This document shows, one piece after another, positions 19,772-26,678 of a stretch of DNA of 64,000 bases. The stretch's first letter is position 1, and every line of letters begins with the position of its first letter. Source of the DNA: a virus (Duplodnaviria; Heunggongvirae; Uroviricota; Caudoviricetes); the IMG/VR virus record IMGVR_UViG_3300031555_010392, positions 1 through 64,000 of that record, one strand, 5' to 3'. Position numbers and translations under genes: made by a program. Under the pieces are notes generated by a model. That model was given only the letters and a program-made list of their open reading frames with translations. It did no database searches and was not told the DNA's origin.

Positions 19772-20500
19772 TTATACGCCTCCATTTACACTATAAGCAC
19801 GAGCACGTTTTTCCATCTGTTCTCTTTCAAGCTTTGTCCAGTTGATCCAGCCATAAATACAATTGGCCGTCCAGCCAACATACATGGCAACCATAGACCA
19901 GTTCCCGGCAACCCACCACAGCTTGATGCAAAGCACATCAATGATCAGCCACCACAGCCACTGCTCACGATAGCGGCGAACCATGAGGATTTGTGCGAAA
20001 ATAGCCATGACATTGGTAGCAGCGTCTGTGTAAGCCTGCGCAGAACCAATAAGAGTGAGAATATGACCCATGGCGATTGTAGCAATGACGGTGCCAATGA
20101 TAGACAAGAGCCACTGAACAGGTGTAAAGACCAGAGCAGAAACGTCCTGAGTTCCATCCTCGTTGGTTTCCATGTTAGACTTCCAGACGAAGATGCCCCA
20201 AATCATGGTAACAAAGTACCAGAGGTTTTCAATGACTTCACCATAAAAGCGATTCTGCCATGCGAGAACCAGATAGGTGATCGTCTGTGCAAAGCCGATG
20301 AAATAGAAAGCCAGCTTGCCTTTGGCGCAGAGCACAACAGAAATGACGCCAGCAATACCGGCAATGATATTCAAAGGAGAATCAGGAACGATACAAAAAA
20401 CAACGATCTGCAAAGCGACCATTGACCACAAAAAAATCTTTTCAAAAGCGCTGTAACCCGTCCAGAAGGTACGGAGAAACCAAGACGAAATAGCCTTCAT
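19772..20500 (-). CDS. pnuC: nicotinamide riboside transporter PnuC-like membrane protein
   Basis: ~240 aa, 7-8 TM, Trp-rich loops, translationally coupled (ATGA) to NadR gene upstream. Confidence 0.65.
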   Translation of the reverse strand: MKAISSWFLRTFWTGYSAFEKIFLWSMVALQIVVFCIVPDSPLNIIAGIAGVISVVLCAKGKLAFYFIGFAQTITYLVLAWQNRFYGEVIENLWYFVTMIWGIFVWKSNMETNEDGTQDVSALVFTPVQWLLSIIGTVIATIAMGHILTLIGSAQAYTDAATNVMAIFAQILMVRRYREQWLWWLIIDVLCIKLWWVAGNWSMVAMYVGWTANCIYGWINWTKLEREQMEKRARAYSVNGGV

Positions 20501-21606
20501 CGATTCATTACCTCTTTTACATAATCAACAATAGTCATGAAGTTTTTGTAGTAATCGCCGCCATTCAAAAACACGACGCGATCCATAAGACCAGCATATT
20601 CCATATGACAAATCAGCTTATTCAGCAGCTCGTTTCTGCTGCCGATATCGGAATGATGCATGAAGCGGGTGTGATCATCTACAAAAGTATTTTTAGGAAC
20701 GAGACAGAAGATCTTATCCCATCGCGATTTCTGCGTTAACTCATCCGCCATAGCGGCTACACGCTGGTACTCTTCAGGAGTGATAGCGCAATGGGGGTCT
20801 TCGGAATACATTTGAGCATACATTTTGGTGACAAGCGAATCTGTATCAGCGAAGAATACACCATGGTTGCCAGGGCTATTGATGAGCTGTTTGTTCAAAT
20901 GATACTGGCCTTCAAGGAAAGCCATAAAATCTGCGCCGTCCAATTCCCAATCAGCAACACAGGATTCTTTCATATAATCCCTTGCCCATTCATAAGAACA
21001 GGGGGCATTGAAATACTTGCCAAGATCTTGAACAAGAGTGCTTTTGCCTTCTGAAGCTGTACCAGTGATTAGGATATTATGACTGAACACTCTGCGGAAA
21101 GGAGCGGCAATCTGATCCCAATGCTTAATAGGATTCTGACGGATCATGGTAGCGCAAATGGGATTAGTGGCTTTGCGATCTACAAGAATGACGTTCTCAT
21201 CCCACATGTCTTTCAGATCGCGAGCATAGTTTTCATCGCCAACATACCAGCAGCGGTCAAAGCCCGTAGCAGCCATATACCAAATGTTCTCAAACTCGTC
21301 CATCCAAACAGGCCAACCATTGGGATACTCTGCAATACCAAGTCTTGAATCATTAATAGAGTAAACGGCTACTTTGTCATCATCTGCAAAGAATTCGCGG
21401 ACATAACGATAGCGCTTGGCATGGGGCATAAGGGGTTCGCCTTTATCACCATCATAACCACAGACGATGACCAGGCAACCTCCCTCATTTTCTTTTTTGG
21501 CCCTCATGATCAGATCCAAATGCCCCTGATGGAGTGGGGCAAAGGAGCCAAAGACAATTCCCACTTTTCCTTCAAGGGGCTTCTGATAAGCATGAAAAGA
21601 AGTCAT
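20497..21606 (-). CDS. nadR: NadR-like bifunctional NMN adenylyltransferase / ribosylnicotinamide kinase
   Basis: FAPLHQGH (HxGH nucleotidyltransferase motif) and ITGTASEGKST Walker A of the kinase domain; start re-called to MTSFHAY (21606) with GGAGGT RBS. Confidence 0.8.
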   Translation of the reverse strand: MTSFHAYQKPLEGKVGIVFGSFAPLHQGHLDLIMRAKKENEGGCLVIVCGYDGDKGEPLMPHAKRYRYVREFFADDDKVAVYSINDSRLGIAEYPNGWPVWMDEFENIWYMAATGFDRCWYVGDENYARDLKDMWDENVILVDRKATNPICATMIRQNPIKHWDQIAAPFRRVFSHNILITGTASEGKSTLVQDLGKYFNAPCSYEWARDYMKESCVADWELDGADFMAFLEGQYHLNKQLINSPGNHGVFFADTDSLVTKMYAQMYSEDPHCAITPEEYQRVAAMADELTQKSRWDKIFCLVPKNTFVDDHTRFMHHSDIGSRNELLNKLICHMEYAGLMDRVVFLNGGDYYKNFMTIVDYVKEVMNR

Positions 21607-21732
21607 ATAAACCTCCAATTGACAAATATGGTAAAATAAAAATTGGTACGGTGCTCCGCGATGGGAGAATGGGCCTTCATAGATCATCTTGGGTAGCTAC
21701 TGCCTTAGACGACTATGAAAGGAGTGATGCAT

Positions 21733-21846
21733 ATGTTAGAGCATGTGAAAGTAATTTACTACGTCGGTAAATTTGTTTTTGATATGATTTCAACATGTGT
21801 GCTTGTCCTTACTTACGTAAGAAACAGCAAAACAGCCATGAACTGA
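21733..21846 (+). CDS. hypothetical small hydrophobic peptide (37 aa) on the opposite strand
   Basis: GAAAGGAG RBS 8 nt upstream of ATG in a 240-nt intergenic gap. Confidence 0.25.
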   Translation: MLEHVKVIYYVGKFVFDMISTCVLVLTYVRNSKTAMN

Positions 21847-21928
21847 CTGGCAGTTAGCTATGTTCAATGATCGATAAGTGGGCTATCCATCGCAGGCACC
21901 GTACCTTTATTGAAACCGCAAGGCGGGA

Positions 21929-22402
21929 TCAATCTATACCAAGGACGTAGTGGATGAAATTCTCGCGGCCGATGGAGTCAATAGCTTTTTTGCAATCCTC
22001 TTTTGTAGAGAAATAAGTTGATTCTCCAATGGCTTCGAGATCATTTTGAAACATAAAGCTATCAGAAGGGATATCGTACCAAACACTCCAATTAGCCCCT
22101 CTATTAAGAAACGGTCTTCCCATAGCACGATACATAGCTCGGTACTTGGCGCACTTGGCAGCATATTCACCTTCCGCGAGGGTTCGAAAACAATTTCCTG
22201 TTTCCGCGTAAGTTACATGCTCGGGATCTTGTGGACTGAAATTGCTTCGATAGCATACTTGGAAAAGAGTATTTACGAAACAAAAGGGCGAACCAATCTT
22301 TGGCCATTCTTTTGCTTTTTCAGCCTCAATAAGTTTCACTTTCAAAGTTTTAGCGAAGTTACTGTCCTTCATAGCTTCAGTCACAATGGCGTCAATGTTC
22401 AT
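21929..22402 (-). CDS. hypothetical protein (157 aa)
   Basis: GGAGGA RBS before MNIDAIV; ORF-track N-extension is read-through of tRNA genes. Confidence 0.5.
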   Translation of the reverse strand: MNIDAIVTEAMKDSNFAKTLKVKLIEAEKAKEWPKIGSPFCFVNTLFQVCYRSNFSPQDPEHVTYAETGNCFRTLAEGEYAAKCAKYRAMYRAMGRPFLNRGANWSVWYDIPSDSFMFQNDLEAIGESTYFSTKEDCKKAIDSIGRENFIHYVLGID

Positions 22403-22436
22403 CGAAATCCTCCTATATAACCAATTGCTGAACAAA

Positions 22437-22517
22437 TGGGGATAATGGGACTTGAACCCATACGCCGTTTGGCACCAGATCCTAAGTCTGGCGCGTCTGC
22501 CATTCCGCCATATCCCC
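22437..22517 (-). tRNA. tRNA-Leu(TAG): tRNA-Leu (anticodon TAG), type II with long variable arm
   Basis: 7-bp acceptor GGGGATA/TATCCCC, anticodon arm CCAGA-CTTAGGA-TCTGG, variable hairpin GCC-AAAC-GGC, T-arm ATGGG-TTCAAGT-CCCAT. Confidence 0.75.
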
Positions 22518-22528
22518 TTAAGAAAAAG

Positions 22529-22603
22529 TCGAGGTGGTGGGATTCGAACCCACGCTCTCCACATCCCAAATGTGGCGGGATAGCCAAACTTCCCTACACC
22601 TCG
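22529..22603 (-). tRNA. tRNA-Pro(TGG): tRNA-Pro (anticodon TGG)
   Basis: acceptor CGAGGTG/CACCTCG, anticodon arm CCACA-TTTGGGA-TGTGG, T-arm GTGGG-TTCGAAT-CCCAC. Confidence 0.75.
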
Positions 22604-22608
22604 ATAAA

Positions 22609-22766
22609 TAGCGATGGTGGGATTCGAACCCACGATGGCGCCTATGGCGCGAGAATTATTCAGTAAGACACCTTACAACTTAGCACCTTGGCCTTGAGCG
22701 CAGTTCTGCTACTACCCTTACTGAGATCGCGACTCTTCTCTGCTTCGTCCACTTACATACATCGCC
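22609..22766 (-). other. tRNA-like element: perfect T-arm + acceptor 3' strand at 22609-22640 pairing with GGCGATG at 22760-22766; ~158 nt, not a canonical tRNA
   Basis: GTGGGTTCGAATCCCAC T-arm identical to neighbouring tRNAs; no recognisable D or anticodon arm between; GCGCC-ATA-GGCGC hairpin before T-arm. Confidence 0.25.
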
Positions 22767-22956
22767 GATGCCCGTACTCTTACAACCGGCGGCTTAGGCA
22801 GAAGAAAGTGCTCTGTGAAGTAGATTCTTCTGCTTTATGAGCCACCCAGGCATGGTATAGAGCTTTTGTTTATCGGTACTCACAGGTACTCTAACCACCG
22901 TGTTTTCATTTCGCTTCAGCATTTACGCATTGGCAAGGAAAAACATAAACCTCTGG

Positions 22957-23028
22957 GCGCGGGAGATGGATTTGAACCATCGATCTTCAGCTCATGAGGC
23001 TGACGAGATACCACTTCTCTATCCCGCA
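22957..23028 (-). tRNA. tRNA-Met(CAT): tRNA-Met (anticodon CAT), CCA encoded
   Basis: anticodon arm TCAGC-CTCATGA-GCTGA, T-arm GATGG-TTCAAAT-CCATC, 3' ...TCCCGCG-C-CCA; 1:72 is T:G. Confidence 0.65.
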
Positions 23029-23203
23029 ATGTGGTGGCTCTACGGGCGAGGCCGTGCATGACCTCTATATGAGAGATTTCATCAGGCTATCTTCTTGGCG
23101 TTTCTATCAACGTCTATTAATGCACGCCAGTTGCGATCTGGCTGTGGCCAATATTTTTACCTGACTACTTGCGCACATATACTGCACTACCCATAGAGCG
23201 TGG

Positions 23204-23276
23204 TGGGACTGAGGGGAGTCGAACCCCTGGCACCCTGATTAAAAGTCAGGTGCTCTGCCAACTGAGCTACAATCCC
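23204..23276 (-). tRNA. tRNA-Lys(TTT): tRNA-Lys (anticodon TTT), CCA encoded
   Basis: GGGATTG TAGCTCAGTTGGCAGAGC ... CCTGA-CTTTTAA-TCAGG ... GGTTCGACTCC. Confidence 0.8.
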
Positions 23277-23353
23277 ATGTTGTCTCGGATTACGCGCCGA
23301 GTCGCGAGGTGCTGCGTGATAAGGAGCGTCGCAATTATGTGCCTTTCGGCTGG

Positions 23354-23435
23354 TGCGGCTGGTGGGATTCGAACCCACAATCCCATAGGGCGGGAGATTT
23401 TAAGTCTCCTGCATATGCCGTTCTGCCACAACCGC
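23354..23435 (-). tRNA. tRNA-Leu(TAA): tRNA-Leu (anticodon TAA), type II, CCA encoded
   Basis: anticodon arm GGAGA-CTTAAAA-TCTCC, long variable arm, T-arm GTGGG-TTCGAAT-CCCAC, A73. Confidence 0.7.
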
Positions 23436-23441
23436 ATGTAA

Positions 23442-23514
23442 TACCACGGGTGGGATTCGAACCCACAAACGCCTGATTTTGAGTCAGGATGATATGCCAA
23501 TTCTCTACCGTGGC
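23442..23514 (-). tRNA. tRNA with anticodon CAA (Leu codon UUG) but short type-I variable arm; identity uncertain
   Basis: acceptor GCCACGG/CCGTGGT (G1:U72), anticodon arm CCTGA-CTCAAAA-TCAGG, 5-nt variable CGTTT, T-arm GTGGG-TTCGAAT-CCCAC, A73. Confidence 0.5.
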
Positions 23515-23520
23515 ACGATT

Positions 23521-23550
23521 GTGGCTTCCTTTCGGTAACGACGAGCCACG
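23521..23550 (-). other. inverted repeat GTGGCT...AGCCAC hairpin just downstream of the SPFH gene (possible terminator/processing site)
   Basis: gtggcttcctttcggtaacgacgagccac; no U-tract. Confidence 0.25.
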
Positions 23551-23564
23551 CGCCGGTAAAATCA

Positions 23565-24479
23565 TTACTTCACTTCATCTTCAATATCAATACCGTCAAC
23601 AGTGATCAATGAACTTCCGCCAGAAACCTTGGGCAGTTCACCGTTCCATTGATCGTACTTGATTTTCTCAATCAACTCGCTCGTGAGAGAAGAGGCAATC
23701 TTCTTATTGGCTTCAGCCTCAGCCTCTGCCGCAATCAAGAGTGCCTCAGCTTCGGCTTCTGCGGTAATAATAGCCTGATCTGCCTTAATGCTAGCTACAT
23801 TCTTATCTTTTTCAGCCTGAATACGGGCAGTTTCGGCTTCAATACCCGCCAACTCCTGTTCCTGCTGAGCATTAACCTTCTTCTGGATGGCAGTAGCGGT
23901 CTCTTCATCCACAGTGATTTCCGTAAAGTTGACAGTATCGATCACGATACCATAAGCATCAAAGCGATTACGAAGGTGAGTGTCCAACTCTGCGTTAATC
24001 TCAGTACGTTTGTCGCCAAAGATATCAGTTACAGGATACTTGGCTGTGACTTCCTGTGTCCATGCCTTAACTTTGGGCTTAATAAAATCGTTCTTAACTT
24101 CGACGCCGGACTTACCCTTAAAGCGAATGAACGTTTCAGTAATGCGCTCGCGATCAAAATAATAAGAGAATTCCAAACTAACACGCACAGACTTACCATC
24201 TGAAGTGGGCACGGTGAAAGACTCATCCTTGGGGGAATCACCCTCGTTAGCAGCAGTCAGATAAGACTGCTCAACACCAATAGAGTAAGTAGTAACCGAT
24301 TTCATGGGAGAAACCACATGGAAACCCTGGTCCACAACTTCATCGCCGACACCGTTGCGCATATTGTAGACCACGCCAACATAACCGGCAGGGATGCGTT
24401 CCGTACAGCCAAGAACCACGATAAAAGCGATAATAATTACAATAGCAAACAAAAATGCACCAAGCTTACCTTTTGTCAT
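23565..24479 (-). CDS. SPFH/band-7 (prohibitin/stomatin/HflK-like) membrane protein
   Basis: N-terminal TM anchor, SPFH core (GYVGVVYNMRNG...FHVVSPM...), long C-terminal coiled coil rich in AEAEAE. Confidence 0.8.
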   Translation of the reverse strand: MTKGKLGAFLFAIVIIIAFIVVLGCTERIPAGYVGVVYNMRNGVGDEVVDQGFHVVSPMKSVTTYSIGVEQSYLTAANEGDSPKDESFTVPTSDGKSVRVSLEFSYYFDRERITETFIRFKGKSGVEVKNDFIKPKVKAWTQEVTAKYPVTDIFGDKRTEINAELDTHLRNRFDAYGIVIDTVNFTEITVDEETATAIQKKVNAQQEQELAGIEAETARIQAEKDKNVASIKADQAIITAEAEAEALLIAAEAEAEANKKIASSLTSELIEKIKYDQWNGELPKVSGGSSLITVDGIDIEDEVK

Positions 24480-24688
24480 TCAACAGTCTCCTTTGTTCCA
24501 GTTGGGTTATTAAGTCCATGAGAATTTTCTTCTGATATGGAAGAAGCAGTTGTGGGTTTGTCATCCATGTTATCCCGTGCATCTTTCCATAAGCGATGAG
24601 CCAAGCGGCCAAGAGGTCGGTATAGACACGAGAAGAGGAGCCACACGAGCGCAAGCCCGAGGATGACGAGAAAATAGAATACAGGCAT
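24476..24688 (-). CDS. small membrane protein, likely partner of the SPFH protein (NfeD-like role)
   Basis: MPVFYFLVILGLALVWLLFSCLY TM helix; overlaps SPFH start by 4 nt. Confidence 0.4.
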   Translation of the reverse strand: MPVFYFLVILGLALVWLLFSCLYRPLGRLAHRLWKDARDNMDDKPTTASSISEENSHGLNNPTGTKETVE

Positions 24689-24825
24689 TTGTTCTCCTTT
24701 CAAAAAGAATAAATAACCCCAGCGTCCGTAGAACATCGTATGCATCCGACTGGTTTCTAACGTACACAGAAGCAAGGTAATTACTCCCCACTGCTTATGC
24801 CGTCATACTACCAACTGGGGGCTGG

Positions 24826-24899
24826 CGAGCGATTAGGGATTTGAACCCCAGACCTACGGCTTAGAAGGCCGTTGCTCTATCCGACTGAGCTAATCGCCC
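24826..24899 (-). tRNA. tRNA-Arg(TCT): tRNA-Arg (anticodon TCT), CCA encoded
   Basis: GGGCGAT TAGCTCAGTCGGATAGAGC ACGGC-CTTCTAA-GCCGT ... GGTTCAAATCC. Confidence 0.8.
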
Positions 24900-25038
24900 A
24901 TAATATCTCCCGATCAGCGCCGTTATGCGTTTTATGTTCATTCACATAAAGGGTTGCGCCACACAAGTAGAAGGATCTACCCGTTTCCTTTTGCAACAGA
25001 GCGCTCTGAAACTTCCTTCGGCACCGATGGGGATTTGG

Positions 25039-25110
25039 AGCGGCAGACGGTAATCGAAACCGCGTCTTCGGTTTGGGAAACCGATACTCTAACCATTGAG
25101 CTACTACCGC
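25039..25110 (-). tRNA. tRNA-Gly(CCC): tRNA-Gly (anticodon CCC), CCA encoded
   Basis: GCGGTAG TAGCTCAATGGTTAGAG TCGGT-TTCCCAA-ACCGA ... GGTTTCGATTACC; acceptor pairs with CTGCCGC. Confidence 0.7.
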
Positions 25111-25122
25111 ATATTGGCTGAA

Positions 25123-25770
25123 TTAAGCAATTGAACGATAATCTTTTGTATGATAGGGTAGACCATACTTTTTGCACCATTTCCGTACAGTGTTATCTAT
25201 GACACCGTAGCGTCGAGCAAGTAACGTGAAATTGCCATGGTTTTCAATAAGAAGCTGGCTAAGTTCTTCTTTTGTCGGCCAATCAACTTTCTTTTTGCCA
25301 ACATGCGCACAGTGGCTGCACCTTTCTGCTAAACGAGTTATTTCCGCACCGCAATCTTTACAGTAATAAAAGTGTTTAAAATGATGAGACTTATTATTTC
25401 TTCCAGCATAAGTTCTTGTTTGCGAGTGACAATTAGGACACAACCATCGGAGATTGTCTAAAGTGTTGTTCTTATTATTTCCATCTTTATGGTCGAGCTG
25501 GAGAACGAGAGGTCTTCCATTCCATTCACCTTTATGACCACAAATTGCACAGACATACTCAACGTTTTCCAACTCACGGAAGCGTCTTTTTATTGCATTT
25601 ACAGAAACGCCGCTCATTTCTGTAAAAATTTCTTCGTCCGCATAAACCTTATGGCTTTTGTTTTGATAAAGAGGTGGTTTAATACCGTATTCTTTAAGTC
25701 GCTTTTTAACGACAGCGTAACTGCCCCCTTTATTTGACTTATAACCAAGATTGTTAATTAATTCTGCCAT
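25123..25770 (-). CDS. HNH homing endonuclease embedded in the tRNA array
   Basis: DHKDGNNKNNTLDNLRWLCPNCH HNH motif plus additional CxxC/HxxC pairs. Confidence 0.75.
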   Translation of the reverse strand: MAELINNLGYKSNKGGSYAVVKKRLKEYGIKPPLYQNKSHKVYADEEIFTEMSGVSVNAIKRRFRELENVEYVCAICGHKGEWNGRPLVLQLDHKDGNNKNNTLDNLRWLCPNCHSQTRTYAGRNNKSHHFKHFYYCKDCGAEITRLAERCSHCAHVGKKKVDWPTKEELSQLLIENHGNFTLLARRYGVIDNTVRKWCKKYGLPYHTKDYRSIA

Positions 25771-25859
25771 TGACTGACTATTAGCGGCAATCTGTGCAAG
25801 CTCTTCTTTTGAATAACGATCAACTAGTGCAGCTATCTTACGCGCCCCCCATTAAAAAG

Positions 25860-25930
25860 CAAGCCCGCTTGGATTTGAACCAAGAATGAAACCGTCAAAG
25901 GGTCTTGTGTTGCCATTACACCACGGGCCT
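25860..25930 (-). tRNA. tRNA-Gln(TTG): tRNA-Gln (anticodon TTG)
   Basis: AGGCCCG TG GTGTAATGGCAACAC AGACC-CTTTGAC-GGTTT ... CTTGG-TTCAAAT-CCAAG CGGGCTT G. Confidence 0.65.
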
Positions 25931-25958
25931 ATGAGAGGTCTGTTACCAGACCCAATGT

Positions 25959-26204
25959 CTACTTTTTAAGCTCAGAGAAGAACTTAATCAGATAAGGCTC
26001 ATCTTCTTTATTCATACAAAAGACTTCATAATATTCGCCATGCTCATCACACAGACGTCCAATGGCAATATACTGAGAAAAGGTGGACTTGAGGTTAAAC
26101 TCCTCAGTACCATCAACAGAGCGAATGACTACATCGCCCTTGCACTTTTTGACGGCTTCCATAAGGGAATTAACATCCTTTGCGTTTTTAAGAAGCATAA
26201 ACAA
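25959..26204 (-). CDS. hypothetical protein with HPr-like C-terminal pattern (KSxF...G...GEDE...LxKL) but no active-site His
   Basis: NLKSTFSQYIAIGRLCDEHGEYYEVFCMNKEDEPYLIKFFSEL resembles HPr/Crh Ser46 region and C-terminal half; weak. Confidence 0.3.
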   Translation of the reverse strand: MFMLLKNAKDVNSLMEAVKKCKGDVVIRSVDGTEEFNLKSTFSQYIAIGRLCDEHGEYYEVFCMNKEDEPYLIKFFSELKK

Positions 26205-26229
26205 CCTCCTTTCTTTGGTAAGAGTAAAA

Positions 26230-26302
26230 TGGGCCTACAAGGATTCGAACCTTGAACCGACTGGTTATGAGCCAGCTGCTCTAACCGTTGAGCTATAGGC
26301 CC
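26230..26302 (-). tRNA. tRNA-Met(CAT): tRNA-Met/Ile2 (anticodon CAT)
   Basis: GGGCCTA TAGCTCAACGGTTAGAGC GCTGG-CTCATAA-CCAGT ... CAAGG-TTCGAAT-CCTTG TAGGCCC A. Confidence 0.8.
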
Positions 26303-26308
26303 GTGTGG

Positions 26309-26393
26309 CGGAGAGTGTGAGATTTGAACTCACGGAGGTGTTACCCTCGCTGGTTTTCAAGACCAGATCCTTAAGCCACTCGGACAACTCTCC
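26309..26393 (-). tRNA. tRNA-Ser(TGA): tRNA-Ser (anticodon TGA), type II, CCA encoded
   Basis: GGAGAGT TGTCCGAGTGGCTTAAGGA CTGGT-CTTGAAA-ACCAG long variable arm ... TGAG-TTCAAAT-CTCA ACTCTCC G. Confidence 0.75.
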
Positions 26394-26593
26394 AAACCGG
26401 GGCTGCGCATTACAGGCTACGCAGCCAAAATATAAGTTTGTTCATCCTGTACTGAACGGGTGATTTGTGATCCTACGGTATACTATCCAGCCTTTTGTGA
26501 AATGGCGGCGCTGTACATAGATGAGTTCATCGCTCCTGATGACGACGATAGAATGACCGCTTAAAGGCGAAGAGGAAACCGCCGATCACATGG

Positions 26594-26666
26594 TGGAGCT
26601 GAAGGGTTACGATCCCTCTGCCTCCTGCTTGCAAAGCAGGCGCTCTGCCGATTGAGCTACAGCCCC
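26594..26666 (-). tRNA. tRNA-Ala(TGC): tRNA-Ala (anticodon TGC) with G3:U70, CCA encoded, atypical T-loop ATCGTAA
   Basis: GGGGCTG TAGCTCAATCGGCAGAGC CCTGC-TTTGCAA-GCAGG ... AGGG-ATCGTAA-CCCT CAGCTCC A CCA. Confidence 0.75.
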
Positions 26667-26678
26667 ATGAGGAGTGGA

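Noticed and set aside
20497-21687. N-terminal 27-aa extension of NadR (MIYEGPFSHRG...)
   Set aside because: It has no RBS. The internal ATG at 21606 has a GGAGGT RBS and immediately precedes the conserved HxGH domain.
21929-22633. 234-aa ORF-track protein with N-terminus MGSNPTIAIYRG...GFKSHYPH
   Set aside because: The first 77 codons are read-through across the minus-strand tRNA genes (GFES/GFKS = T-loop GGTTCGAAT). The real CDS starts at MNIDAIV (22402) behind a GGAGGA RBS.
22609-22960. tmRNA (ssrA) in the 344-nt gap between tRNA-Pro and tRNA-Met
   Set aside because: The tRNA-like 3' end is there, but there is no tag reading frame ending in ...A-A-stop. The only complementary 5' acceptor strand is 150 nt away, too short for tmRNA. 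Kept only as an unresolved tRNA-like element.
22399-23565. Several 60-90-aa ORFs on both strands (22399..22587, 22436..22666, 23169..23441, 23187..23378, 23267..23500, 23335..23565)
   Set aside because: They overlap tRNA genes and have Gly/Ser/Arg-rich translations typical of structured-RNA DNA. None has an RBS.
26399-26424. GGCTGCG...CGCAGCC hairpin as a terminator
   Set aside because: No flanking U-tract in either orientation. It is probably an RNA-processing or spacer structure within the tRNA array.
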